Shown here: in pieces, positions 12,803 through 25,072 of the stretch | Layout of the letters: each line of letters begins with the position of its first letter | Position numbering within the stretch: position 1 is the first letter of the stretch | Program-made: the position numbers and the translations under genes | Assembly (NCBI RefSeq): GCF_046119375.1 | Contig: NW_027362769.1 | Location: forward strand, 292,702,001 to 292,766,000 | Length of the DNA stretch: 64,000 bases | Direction: 5' to 3' | Origin: Phyllobates terribilis | Lineage: Eukaryota | Notes under the pieces: model-generated | The model's database searches: none | What the model was told of the DNA's origin: nothing | What the model saw: the letters and a program-made list of their open reading frames with translations, nothing else

Positions 12803-14130
12803 CACTGTGTTCCAAATTATTATGCAAAAAGTGTTTAGGAGTGATAAGGGAAGAATTTGTTTGTTTGTCAGTTAAACTCATTGATGGTGATGTGTGTCAG
12901 GGCTCTTTATTTCACTGTAAGCAATTGCAGACACCTGTGCTAGATAGTTTGGCTGGTGTGTCCAATGAAAGGCAAGACTACTTAAGAAGGCTGTCTCACA
13001 TTATTAAGCAGCCTACATTTTCTGCCAAAATGGGAAAGAAAAAGGATGTGTCGGCTGCTGAGAAGCAACAAATTGTGGAGTGTTTAGGTCAATGCATGAC
13101 TACAATCAACATTGTGCGATGAACAGGATAAAGTGTCTTGGCAATCAAGAAGTATGTAGCTGATTCACAGTACACACGTGTGCCTGCTGATAAGGGCAAA
13201 TTGAGGACTCTTTCCTACAGGCAATTACGTCAGGTTAAAAGAGCAGCGGCAAAAAAGCCTTGTCATAGCAGCAGACAAGTTTTTGAAGCTGCTGGTGCCT
13301 CCAACGTCCCCCGAACAACAAGATGCAGGGTCCTTCAGAGGTTTGCAGCTGTGCATACGCCATCCTGTCGACCTCCTCTATCCACTTCACACAAGCAGAA
13401 ACGGCTCCAGTGGGCCAAACATTACATGAAGACTGATTTCAAAACTGTTTTGTTCACGGATGAGTGCCGTGCAGCGCTCGATGGTCCAGATGGATGGAGT
13501 GGAGGATGGCTGGTTGATGGACACCCCGCGCAAACACGGCTACAGCGCCAACAAGGAGGAGGTGGAGTAATGTTTTGGGCTGGAATCATGGGGAGAGAGA
13601 TTGTCGGCCCCTTTATGATCCCTGAAGGCGCTAAAGATGAACTCCATAATGTATGTGGATTTTCTCAAACAGCACTTCCTGCCATGGTTCAAGAAGAAGA
13701 ACCGTGTATTTCAGCAAGATCATTTTTTTGCATGATAATGCACCATCTCATGCTGCACATAAAACATCTGCATCTCTGGCTGATATGGGCATAAAATGGG
13801 ACAAACTTATGGTGTGACCCCCATGCTCCCCTGACCTCTACCCCATTCAGAACCTCTGGAGCATCATCAAAAGGAGTGTCTATGATGGCGGGAGGCAGTT
13901 CACATCTAAGCAACAGCTCTGGGAGGGTATTCTGTCCTCATGCAAAACAATTGAAGCAGAAACCATCCAAAACCTGACAAATTCAATGGACGAGAGAGTT
14001 CAGAAGCTCCTTTCGAACAAGGGGTCCTATGTGAAAATGTAACATCACCTAGAATAAAGTTTTGAGTTGAAAACTGTTTGATCTCAGTTTCTAATAACCT
14101 GCTAATGCTTATAATTTCAAAAATGACCAT
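12803..14130 (+). mobile_element. Tc1-related TRT-type (DD37E) transposon, decayed, right TIR missing
   Basis: Left TIR cactgtgttccaaattattatgcaaa follows TA at 12801-02. Transposase pieces MGKKKDVS (13030), VLFTDECR..LDGPDGW, then HDNAPSH...SPDLYPIQNLW. I count 37 residues between the second D and the E position (mutated to Q). Right boundary approximate. Confidence 0.85.
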
Positions 14131-14295
14131 TTTTTTGGTCTTTATTAAAATGAAAAGGTTGATTGAAAAGTTTGGGGGATCTAAGAGTGTGGCAACCCAG
14201 TAGTCATGATTACTTCGAATTCTGACAATATGAGGGTCATGTTGCAGGTAGTGCAGCAAGAAGGCACTTATGTGTCTTGCGCATCTCGGAGCCCC

Positions 14296-14575
14296 AAAAT
14301 TATTTTCCGGGCTAGATGCAGCTAAAAATTATTATTTATTTTAAATCTGGTGGAGCTTACTATAGATGGCCTAATAGGATCAGTGCTGCACACTGCTACA
14401 AAGCCCAAGTTATTTTCCAGTTAAGATACAGATAAACATGATTAGTAATTTTAAATCTGGTGGAGCTTATTATAGATGGACTAATAGAATCAGTGCTGCA
14501 CACTGCTACAAAGCCCAAAATATTTTCCAGCCAAGATACAGATAAACATGATTAGTAATTTGAAAGCTTAAAACG
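14296..14575. repeat. About 2.5 diverged copies of the 110-bp hAT array monomer
   Basis: ttaaatctggtggagctta at 14341 and 14451 (110 apart); shares tatagatggactaatag and tagatgcag with the 18440-21035 array. Confidence 0.8.
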
Positions 14576-14609
14576 GTTGGTAGGGTCATTTTAACCAATC
14601 ATCAAGCTT

Positions 14610-17600
14610 TTACTCTCCCCAGGATGACACAGGGGTAGAAAAGTCGTTTCGGATCCATGATTTGTTCATCTTTATGAACGTGAGTCTGTCTACATTATCA
14701 GTGGAGAGCCGCGTGCGCTTATCTGTCAGCACACCACCAGCAGCGCTGAACACACGTTCAGACACACGTTCAGACAGAACGCTGGCTGCGGGGCATGACA
14801 AGATCTCCAAGGCGTAAGTGGCTAGCTCCGGCCATTTATCCAGATTGGAAGCCCAAAAAGAGCAAGGGTCCAGTGACACAGTCATGGCTTCAATGTTTAA
14901 TTGGAGATACTCCTGTACCATCGTCTCTAGGCGTTGACTATGTGTCAGACTTCTTGTCTCCTGTGGCCTTGCAAAGGATGGGCTAAAAAAGTGGTGAAAT
15001 GATTCCGCAAAATTGATGTTACCAGCAGATACTGTGGTTCTGTTACAGTTTGAGTGCTGAACACTTGACGGTCCCACGGTTGGCAAGTTGGAACTGTGAG
15101 ATTCACTACGTGCACCACTGGTGTTTTGTGGAAAAGCACATGTAAGATTCTGCAACAGTCTGCTGATACTCCTGCATGCGTGCATCCCTTTCTATGGCAG
15201 GAATAATTTCTGCAAATTTACTTTTGTACCGGAGATCTAACAGTGTGGCAATCCAGTAGTCAGGATTATTTCTAATTCTCACAATTCGAGGGTCATGTTG
15301 CAGGTAGTGCAGCAAGAAGGCACTCATGTGTGTTGCGCATCCAGGAGCACCAAGTCCCTGTTGTGTTGGTGGCGAGGTAACAATCATGATTCCTTCCTCT
15401 GTCCTCTCCCTCCAACCTCGCACAACAGAAATGTGATCAAGGTCTCCCTCATCTGATGAGTCTTCCATCAGTTCGTCCTCCACTTCTTCCTGGGCTCCTG
15501 CACCTTCGTCACTAGTTTGTTTGGCTGCTATCATGCGCCCTGGTAAAACCATCTCCCCCACCCTCACATGCCTGCCGCCTTGGTGCTGCCAACCGTCTGG
15601 ACCTTGCAGATGTTAGCCCTTCCGCATACAACTCCTCCTCCTCTACTTCCTCCACCTCCTCTTGTGCCACCACCTGATTCCGAATTCTGTTTAACATGTG
15701 CTCCAGAATGTAAATCACCGGAATAGTCATGCTGATAATGGCATCGTCAGCACTAAACATCTTCCTCGCCATTTCAAAACTGTGCAGAAGGGTGCATAGG
15801 TCCCTGATCTGAGACCACTCCTCCAGCGTGATTTGCCCCACCTCTGGATCTCGTTGGCCCAGGCTATACGTCAGAACGTATTGCACCAGGACTTGTCGGT
15901 GCTGCCACAGTCGCTGCAACATGTGCAGAGTTGAATTCCACCGGGTAGGCACATCGCATTTTAGCCGGTGAAGTGGCAGGCCCAACGACTTCTGTAGAGA
16001 TGTAAGTCACTGAGCTGCGGGATGCGAACGGCGGAAGTGAGCACACAGCGACCGTGCCCTCTGCAGAAGGCCATCTAGTCTGGGATAGTGGGCTAAAAAT
16101 TGCTGGACAACCAGGTTCAACACGTGAGCCATACAAGGCACGTGTGTGACATTGCCCCGGGGAAGGGCCGCACCCAGGTTTGCAGCATTGTCGCACACGG
16201 CCTTCCCTGGTTTCAGGTCCAGTGGAGACAACCATTCATGAAATTGGTTCTCCAGAGCTGACCACAACTCCTCAGCTGTGTGACTCACATTTCCCAGACA
16301 TTTCAAAGTTAAAACCGCCTGATGACGTTGAGCCCTACTGCCAGCATAGTAAGGAGGTGTGCAGGATCCCTTCTGCGCAGTTAGAAAGCTTGTGGCATGA
16401 CCAGACAGGCTTTGGGTGCAGGTGGAAGACCGAGAGGAGGTTGAGGAGGCTGAAGCAGTGGAGGAACTTTGACATAAAGAGGATTGACGCACAACTCGTG
16501 GGGACGGCAAGACTTGGACAGCAGCCCCTTGTCCTGCTGTCACCATAGTTACCCAGTGCCCAGTCAGCGACATGTAATGCCCCTGTCCATGCCTACTCGT
16601 CCAAGTGTCTGTGGTGAAATGCACCCTGTCACACACAGAGTTTCTCAAAGAAGCGGTGATGTTGTGTGCGAGATGCTGGTGGAGCGCAGGCACACCTTTC
16701 TTTGAGAAGTAGTGCCGACTGGGCATCTGGTACTGGGGCACTGCGACGGACATAAGGTCTCGAAAATCCTCTGTGTCCACCAGGCGGAAAGGCAGCATTT
16801 CTGTAGCCAAGAGCTTGCAGATGGTGAAATTCAACCTCTTAGCTTTCTCATGGCTAGGAGGAAATGGTCCTTTACTTGTCCACATCTGAGGGACCGAGGG
16901 CTGGCTATTGTGCTTAGACGCGGTTGATAAGGGTGTCCCCGGCAAACTGCCGGTCTGTGAGGAAGATGCAGGCGGACATGTTAGGTTGCCTTGATCCAAA
17001 GGTGGTGCTATCGATGTCGGACAGCGCTCAACACCAGCTGGTGTTACCACCTCCAAAGAAAATGATGACCTGCCAATCACGCTGGCTGTTGCGGGTAAAG
17101 AGGTGGCAGGTCTGCGCCCCAAAACAGGTGTGACTGCTGTCCCCCCAGTCACAGAGGATGAAGAGGCCGCGGATGCACAAGATATGGCAGACGGTGGTTG
17201 GCCCGGTCGGCTAGGCCGCATTGTAGCACACTGAGCTTCCCACTGCAACTTATGCTTCATGTCCATGTGCCGGTTCATGCATGAAGTACTCAAACTATGA
17301 ATTTTTTGGCCTCTACTTAGCTTTTGCTGACAAATGTTACAGATAACACGAGTTGGGTCATTTTTATCGATCTGAAAAAATGCCCAGCCTATGCAAGGCT
17401 TAGCACCCATGCGACCTGAAGAGCCACCACGACTTGTGGTGAGAGGCAGAGTTGTGTTTGAGGATGCAGTTGTTGACGTGCTTCCAGTACTACGTCTCTG
17501 TCCAGGAAGGCGCAACCTGACCTCGTCGTCACTAGTATCTTCCTCCACCTCCTCTGCTGACCTCATCTCTTGGCTGACTGTGGGTTGACAGTAAGTGGGA

Positions 17601-18323
17601 TCTCCAACCTCATCATCATCACTCTGTGCGTTATCACACCCGTCGTCCTCAGAGCCAACCTGTTCCTGCCCTGACAAAAAAACTAAAGTTGTCGCTCCAA
17701 TCAGGTATTTGAGTCTCATCATCATCTTCCTCATTTTCTCCACCAACAGGAGGTACAGTTTGGGAACGACATTATGGTCAGAACCTTCTGCGTCTGGTCC
17801 TGGATAAGACTCATAAAGATTCTGGCCATCAGTGCAGATCATTTCCTCGTCTGGATTCACAGAAGCGCTGGAGTCGACCTCTGTTTCCCAGGCTATAGTA
17901 TGAGTAAACAGCTCTGCAGATTCAAACATCTGTTCTACCTCATACTCAGATGGGCAGCTGGAGATTTGGGAGCTGTGAGGAAGCAAGTGCGATTGGGGTG
18001 ACACCTTTGAGGACTGGAGTATTTGTGATGTTGAAGTTGATGTGGAGGAGAGCCCACTTAAAGGAGCACTTGATATCCTTTGAAGCACCTGCTGTTTTTG
18101 TGCCTTATCTATCTGGAATTTGTAGCGATTGGCGTGGCCGTAAGAAAGGGATCTTATCACATTGTCCGCTAAAAGAAGTAAACATTTTAGTTTGGCTGGA
18201 AGATGGTCTTTCTTCTGCAGATGTTACTGTTGCTTTAACACCTACCCCACGGACACAACCTTTTTTCCCCTTCCCAACACGCCTATTCCCCTTTCCACCA
18301 GCAGCAGGACTTTTTCCACTCAT
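14610..18323 (-). pseudogene. hAT (Ac/ZBED-like) transposase, frameshifted
   Basis: ORF pieces 18105-18323, 16007-18160, 15512-15985, 15106-15567 and 14610-15185. They contain a BED finger (WAFF..CNICQQ..MNRHMDMKH), FTTDTWTS, CDNAAN, PCMAHVLNL, DVPTRWNST and the C-terminal dimerisation motif SCPAASVLSERVFS..KRTRLS. Confidence 0.95.
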
Positions 18324-18439
18324 TTTGGTGGTTAACTAATTCACAACTCTGGAGTTTTTTGCACAAAAAAACAATGGATGGAAACCGAGCAGAGCTGAGT
18401 GGCCAAACTGTGGTATTAGGCCAAAACTATTGGCTGGGT

Positions 18440-21035
18440 TAGATGCAGAAAATGATTATATTCAGTTTGCAACCTGATGGAGGTCAGTATAGATGGACTA
18501 ATAGAACAAGTCCTACACACAGCTAGAAGCCCAAATATTTTTTCAGAAGTAGATGCAGGAAAAAAATATATTCAGTTTGCAACCTGATGGAGGTCAGTAT
18601 AGATGGACTAATAGAGAAAGTCCCACACACTGCTAGAAGGCCAAATATTTTTTCAGAGCTAGATGCAGACAAAAAATTATTTTGAATTTGCAACCTGATG
18701 GAGGTCAGTATAGATGGACTAATAGAGAAAGTCCCACACACTGCTAGAAGGCCAAATATTTTTTCAGAGCTAGATGCAGAAAAAAATTATATTCAGTTTG
18801 CAACCTGATGGAGGTCAGTATAGATGGACTAATAGAACAAGTCCCACACACAGCTAGAAGCCCAAATATTTTTTCAGAGGTAGATGCAGATAAAAAATAT
18901 TTTTAATTTGCAACCTGATGGAGGTCAGTATAGATGGACTAATAGAAAAAGTCCCACACACTGCTAGAAGGCCAAATATTTTTTCAGAGCTAGATGCAGA
19001 AAAAAATTATATTCAGTTTGCAACCTGATGGAGGTCAGTATAGATGGACTAATAGAACAAGTCCTACACACAGCTAGAAGGCCAAATATTTTTTCAGAGG
19101 TAGATGCAGATAAAAATTATTTTTAATTTGCAGCCTGATGGAGGTCAGTATAGATGGACTAATAGAGAAAGTCCCACACACTGCTAGAAGGCCAAATATT
19201 TTTTCAGAGCTAGATGCAGACAAAAAATTATTTTTAATTTGCAACCTGATAGAGGTCAGTATAGATGGACTAATAGAGAAAGTCCCACACACTGCTAGAA
19301 GGCCAAATATTTTTTCAGAGCTAGATGCAGATAAAAATTATTTTTAATTTGCAACCTGATGGAGGTCAGTATAGATGGACTAATAGAGAAAGTCCCACAC
19401 ACTGCAAGAAGGCCACATATTTTTTCAGAGCTAGATGCAGAAAAAAATTATATTCAGTTTGCAACCTGTTGGAGGTCAGTATAGATGGACTAATAGAACA
19501 AGTCCCACACACAGCTAGAAGCCCAAATATTTTTTCAGAGGTAGATGCAGAAAAAAATTATATTCAGTTTGCAACCTGATGGAGGTCTGTATAGATGGAT
19601 TAATAGAACAAGTCCCACACACAGCTAGAAGCCCAAATATTTTTTCAGAGCTAGATGCAGAAAAAAATTATATTCAGTTTGCAACCTGATGGAGGTCTGT
19701 ATAGATGGATTAATAGAACAAGTCCCACACACAGCTAGAAGCACAATATTTTTTCAGAGGTAGATGCAGAAAAAAAATATATTCAGTTTGCAACCTGATG
19801 AAGGTCAGTATAGATGGACTAATAGAACAAGTCCCACACACTGCTAGAAGCCCAAATATTTTTTCAGAGCTAGATGCAGATATAAATTATTTTTAATGTG
19901 CAACCTGATGGAGGTCAGTATAGATGGACTAATAGAGAAAGTCCCACACACTGCTAGAAGGCCAAATATTTTTTCAGAGCTAGATGCAGAAAAAAATTAT
20001 ATTCAGTTTGCAACCTGATGGAGGTCAGTATAGATGGACTAATAGAACAAGTCCCACACACAGCTAGAAGCCCAAATATTTTTTCAGAGGTAGATGCAGA
20101 AAAAAATTATATTCAGTTTGCAACCTGATGGAGGTCTGTATAGATGGATTAATAGAACAAGTCCCACACACAGCTACAAGCCCAATATTTTTTCAGAGGT
20201 AGATGCACAAAAAAAATATATTCAGTTTGCAACCTGATGGAGGTCAGTATAGATGGACTAATAGAGAAAGTCCCACACACTGCTAGAAGGCCAAATATTT
20301 TTTCAGAGCTAGATGCAGATATAAATTATTTTTAATTTGCAACCTGATGGAGGTCAGTATAGATGGACCAATAGAGAAAGTCCCACACACTGCTAGAAGG
20401 CCAAATATTTTTTCAGAGCTAGATGGAGATAAAAATTATTTTTAATTTGCAACCTGATGGAGGTCAGTATAGATGGACTAATAGAGAAAGTCCCACACAC
20501 TGCTAGAAGGCCAAATATTTTTTCAGAGCTAGATGCAGAAAAAAATTATATTCAGTTTGCAACCTGATGGAGGTCAGTATAGATGGACTAATAGAACAAG
20601 TCCCACACACAGCTAGAAGCCCAAATATTTTTTCAAAGATAGATGCAGATAAAAATTATTTTTAATTTGCAACCTGATGGAGGTCAGTATAGATGGACTA
20701 ATAGAGAAAGTCCCACACACTGCTAGAAGGCCAAACATTTTTTCAGAGCTAGATGCAGACAAAAAATTATTTTGAATTTGCAGCGTGATGGAGGTCAGTA
20801 TAGATGGACTAATAGAACAAGTCCCACACACTGCTAGAAGGCCAAATATATTTTCAGAGCTAGATGCAGAAAAAAATTATATTCAGTTTGCAACCTGATG
20901 GAGGTCAGTATAGATGGACTAATAGAACAAGTCCCACACACTGCTAGAAGCCCAAATATTTTTTCAGAGCTAGATGCAGAAAAAAATTATATTCAATTTG
21001 CAACCTGATGGAGGTCAGTATAGATGGACTAATAG
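18440..21035. repeat. ~110-bp tandem array (about 23-24 units) in the 5' region of hAT copy B
   Basis: Same monomer as 1809-3642 but a longer array with a different variant order. Confidence 0.95.
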
Positions 21036-22589
21036 ATTGATGCTATGCCCAAAAGATTTTACTTCACTAGGTGCAGTAAAAAAATTGGTATTCTATACAC
21101 AGGTGGTATATCTTGCAACACAGATAGGCTACTCCACTGACTAACACACTCTGCAATAGGCCAAAAAGGATTAGCTTTGCTAGATTCAGCCAAATGCTGT
21201 GAAAAAAAACTTGCACAGCACTCTCACAGACCTGCCTGGCAAAAACTGATAGGAACTGATGTAACCTAGTCCTGAAAAGGACTGCAATTACAATTAGTCT
21301 TTACTCCCACAATCTATCTATTTAAGAGCACAGACCTGCCTGATAAAAGTCGTAGCAAATGCTGTAACCTAGTCCTTAAAAGGACTGCAATCACAACTAT
21401 TCCCTACTCCCAAGCTATCTGTAGATTTGTGCGAAAATTGGCTTGAAATTAACAAGGTATAGCGCACACAGCAACAGCGGTGCCGTCTAACACGCAGCTG
21501 CAGCAGTGAGAAAATGGTGGCGACGGGGAAAATGGCTTGGTCTTATAGGGCAAGGACATGTGACATACACTGCCAATGACACATGCCCTTGCTTGTGTGA
21601 AAAAAACCACTTCGCTCCGTGTGTGCGCTGCTGATAGGCTGACAGATTGCACCTCCCCACTGTAAATGCAGGAAAGAGAAAAAAAAATGGAGATCTTCAT
21701 TATTCCTGCAGAGATCCATCCCTTGCCCCTCCCCCCACTCCGCTGTACACTCAAACTGCGTATTAACATTAATTTTCATCATTACTGAGAAAAAATCCAT
21801 TTATGATTTTGGTGCACGAACAGTTATCGAACATAACCTCGAACAGCCGAATTTTTCTCAAATCGTTCGTGTTCGCCGAACGGCTCGAACACCGCCCTAA
21901 ACAGCTCGAATTTGAGATTGGCGAACAGTTCGAGTCGAACAACGCTCATCTCTACTTGCTGGTGTGTTTTGGATCATTGTCCTGCTGCATAACCCATGCA
22001 AAAGAATAAGAAATCAGTAAGGTTGCAACCACTTTTTCACACCACCATATGTCTTTTTAACCTTGGGGTGTATACTGGATTCAAAAGATTCGCACAATAG
22101 CTAAATTAAACATTTTATTATTTATTTATGTACTCAACTTTTAAAAAAGACAAATACATCATTTGTCAAAATAATTTCCCCACTGTTCAACATACATTTT
22201 CCATCTGTCAACATGGAATCAAAAAACGTTTTAGACTGTACCACAAATGCACCACTGTTTTCATCTCTTCAAGAAATTTGAATCTTTATCTTTGTTCTTT
22301 GCCACATAATCCACTGTCACTCATTTATCCAACAAAATCCTTTCACGCTCAATGTTGTCATAAATCGTGGGTGGGTGTCTGTCTCTTTCTTCATGAATGA
22401 AACTTGTGCAAACTACCTTGAACTTCTTCGCTATAAATCACTTTCGTCATACTGTACACAAAGTCTACGATAAATATTGGCACCTGACACACCCTCAGAC
22501 CACAAAAAAATTAATCACTGCACATTACCCATCTTTCGTGCAAATTACTTTTCGGGCAGCCTTTGTTTCCGCAGTCACAAATGAACTGA

Positions 22590-23180
22590 TGAAGAGGACC
22601 AGAACGCTAGTGCCACCTACGGGAAGTAGCAATCCTAAAAGTCAATAGTGACTCTTTAACGAGCCTTATCACATGACTTAGGATATAAGGACCAGAAACT
22701 CAATTTGCAGACACTGTGTTATGGGATACTGCCCTTCGTCAGTGCAAAGTGTGAGATCTGGTTTGGCTGGATGAGAGGCGTCAGACCGTATCTAAGGGGT
22801 AACATTTCTCCTTGTGGAGAGCGATAAGTTAAGCATGTCATGATGAGGAGACTTTTAAAGCTGCAAGGCTCCTCTGGGAAATATGAAAATTGTCTCTTCA
22901 GAGAAGAAGAGGACCAGAACTCTAGTGCCACCTATAGGAAGTAGCAATCCTAAAAGTCAATACTGACCTTTTAATGAGCCTTATCACATGACTTAGCATA
23001 TAAGCAAGAACCAGAAACTCAAATTGCAGACACTGTGTTTCGGGTACTGCCCCTCGTCAGTGCAAAGTGTGAGTTCTGGTTTGGCTGGATGAGAGGCAAC
23101 AGACCGGTATCTAAGGGGTAAAATTTCTCCTTGCGGAGAGCGACAAGTTAAGCATGTCATGGTGAGGAGACTTTTAAAGC
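22590..23180. repeat. Two tandem copies (~318 bp) of a dispersed repeat carrying a CTCF-like motif
   Basis: gaagaggaccagaac.ctagtgccaccta..ggaagtagcaatcctaaaagtcaat near 22591 and 22908. Related copies at about 60735-60960 and 62451-62832. Confidence 0.85.
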
Positions 23181-24573
23181 AGTGAAAAATGCAGGAACAA
23201 GAGACTTCCTGCTTCTACACAGAGCAGAGAAAAGACAAGAATTATCTGGGTAGAAAGTCAAAATGAGCGATTGTAAGTACATAGTGCTATATATCATGAT
23301 AACTACAATATACTAAGAGGATAAAAACTTTGATGGGAGTGCTTGTTTAAAGAAGGAGGTTTTAGCTCTTGCTCAGTGAGTAAAATGGGCCATTTTAGAC
23401 ATTGTACGGAAGGAGAAAGAAGTTTGATCAAGAAGTTGTTTGGAGAGGGAAAAACATATAAAGAAGTCCAGAAAATAATTAGCTGCTCAGCTAAAAAGAT
23501 TTCCAATGCTTTAAAATATCAAACAAAAGCAGAATTATGTGGTAGGAAAATAAATACTACCATCCGCTTAGATCAATAGATCATAGAATCACAAAAACGG
23601 GAAATATGCATCAAATGATCAGCTGTAGGGAGATCAAAGAAGATGTTCAGTTTCCTGTGAATCCTGCAACCATCAGAAGATTCCTACGTGAAACCAAACT
23701 ATTTGCAAGAAACCCTCATAAAGTACCATTGCTGAAAAGAAGACATGATGAATAGGTTACAGTTTGCCAAAAAACACATTGACCTAAAGAGAAGTGGCTC
23801 AACATTCTATGGACAGATGAGAGAAAGATTATTCTTATTGAGTCTAAAGGTCACAGATAGTTTGTGAGACATACCCATAAACACTGAATTTAAGTCACAG
23901 TACACTGAGAAGACTGTAAAACATGGAGGTGCAAGCATAATGGTTTGGGGATGTTTCTCATACTATGGAGTTGGGTCCATTTATCTCATACCAGGCACCG
24001 TGGACTAGTTTGAATATATCAAAATACTGGAAGAGGTCATGTTGCCTTATGCTGAAGAAGAAATACCTTTAAATAAGTGTTTCAGCAGGACAATGACCCA
24101 AAAGACACCAGCAAGTGGGCAACATCCTGATTCCAGACCAACAAGACTGTTGTTATGAAGTGGCCAGCCCAATCTGCAGACCTCAATCCGATTAGGAATT
24201 TGTGAAGTGACATCAAAAATGCTGTTTTTGAAACAAAATCTAAAAATGCAAAAGATCTGTGGAATGTAATCCAGTCAGCTTGGGATGGAATATCTGTTCA
24301 CAGATGTTAGATGTAAGGTGACTCCATGCCACCCAGATGTAAAGCAGTTATCAGAAATAAAGGTGACAAAACTAAATATTAGTTCAGTGATTAACAGAAA
24401 AGCGAAGTCTGGCAACAAATTTCAGTTTATACTGGAAATATTTGAGTTTGAAATTAAAAATGCAGACACTGCTATTTATTAAAGTAGCCTATTATTCCTT
24501 TTTCCTCACGCTCTATTTAAAAAAATAATATTTTGTTTATGATTTAATTTGGAATTGAATGTGCAGCTCCCAG

Positions 24574-24995
24574 TGTTAGAACCTTGCTGTTAGGTTTTTT
24601 TTCCTTTGCTGGTCACATGACCTTGTTGGCCTATTTAATCCTGCTCCGCCCTTCTGGCTTTGCTGGACTTCATTGTATATCTACTTTCTAGCTAGCCTGT
24701 GCTCTGTATCTATCTCTGTTAGTTTGCTTGGTCTACGGACCTCTATGTTCTATCTATTTTGTTTGTTCGTCTGTCTGCTACTATTTCTGTTAGGAGGTGT
24801 CCCATATTCCTTCCAGTCCTTAGTACTTGTAGGGATTCCCTTCCCTCATCTATAGGTCTTCGTACAGACTAGATTAGGACTTTAGCAGGTCTGATCGCAG
24901 GATCAGGTTCCCTGTTACATCGTAGGGATTCAGCTGAGTCCTATAGTAGGGACAGATCTCCTCTCTTTCCTTAGCTTTGGTAGCAGAACATAACA
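24574..24995 (+). repeat. Gypsy-1 5' LTR
   Basis: tgttagaacc...cataaca. By eye it differs from the 3' LTR at one position (24594 G versus T). Confidence 0.97.
24632..24670 (+). promoter_or_regulatory. Putative LTR promoter: TATA-like box and predicted transcript 5' end
   Basis: TATTTAA at 24632. gctggactt begins 30 nt later (24662) and is complementary to the PBS position at 24998-25006. Confidence 0.65.
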
Positions 24996-25072
24996 GTAAG
25001 TCCAGCCTGCAAATTCTCTAAGGAAAGATTTTTTTTTGTTCCATCAAACACCTGCAGGGACTCTCTCTGGAA

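Larger units (their letters stand above)
10028..21954 (-). mobile_element. Complete 11.9-kb hAT transposon, copy B
   Basis: 8-bp TSD CTTGCTGG at 10020-10027 and 21955-21962. Imperfect TIRs TAGTGTTGAGC / TAGAGATGAGC. GTTCG/CGAAC subterminal repeats at both ends. Internal hAT transposase. Confidence 0.95.
9537..22047 (-). mobile_element. Internally deleted Tc1 element (9537-10027 plus 21963-22047) split by a hAT insertion
   Basis: TA at 9535-36 and 22048-49. Inverted termini caatggtgtgaaaaagtgtttgcccccttcctgatttc and its reverse complement near 22010-22047. Minus-strand [13 protein letters not shown] remnant near 9945-9985. Sequence is continuous across the cttgctgg duplication. Confidence 0.85.

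Noticed and set aside
1809-21035. Regular arrays resembling CRISPR
   Set aside because: The whole 110-bp unit repeats with no unique spacers, there are no cas genes, and the context is eukaryotic.
24993-25001. Splice-donor-like ACA/GTAAGT at the Gypsy-1 LTR junction
   Set aside because: It overlaps the self-priming PBS, which explains the sequence, and no acceptor or transcript evidence is available.
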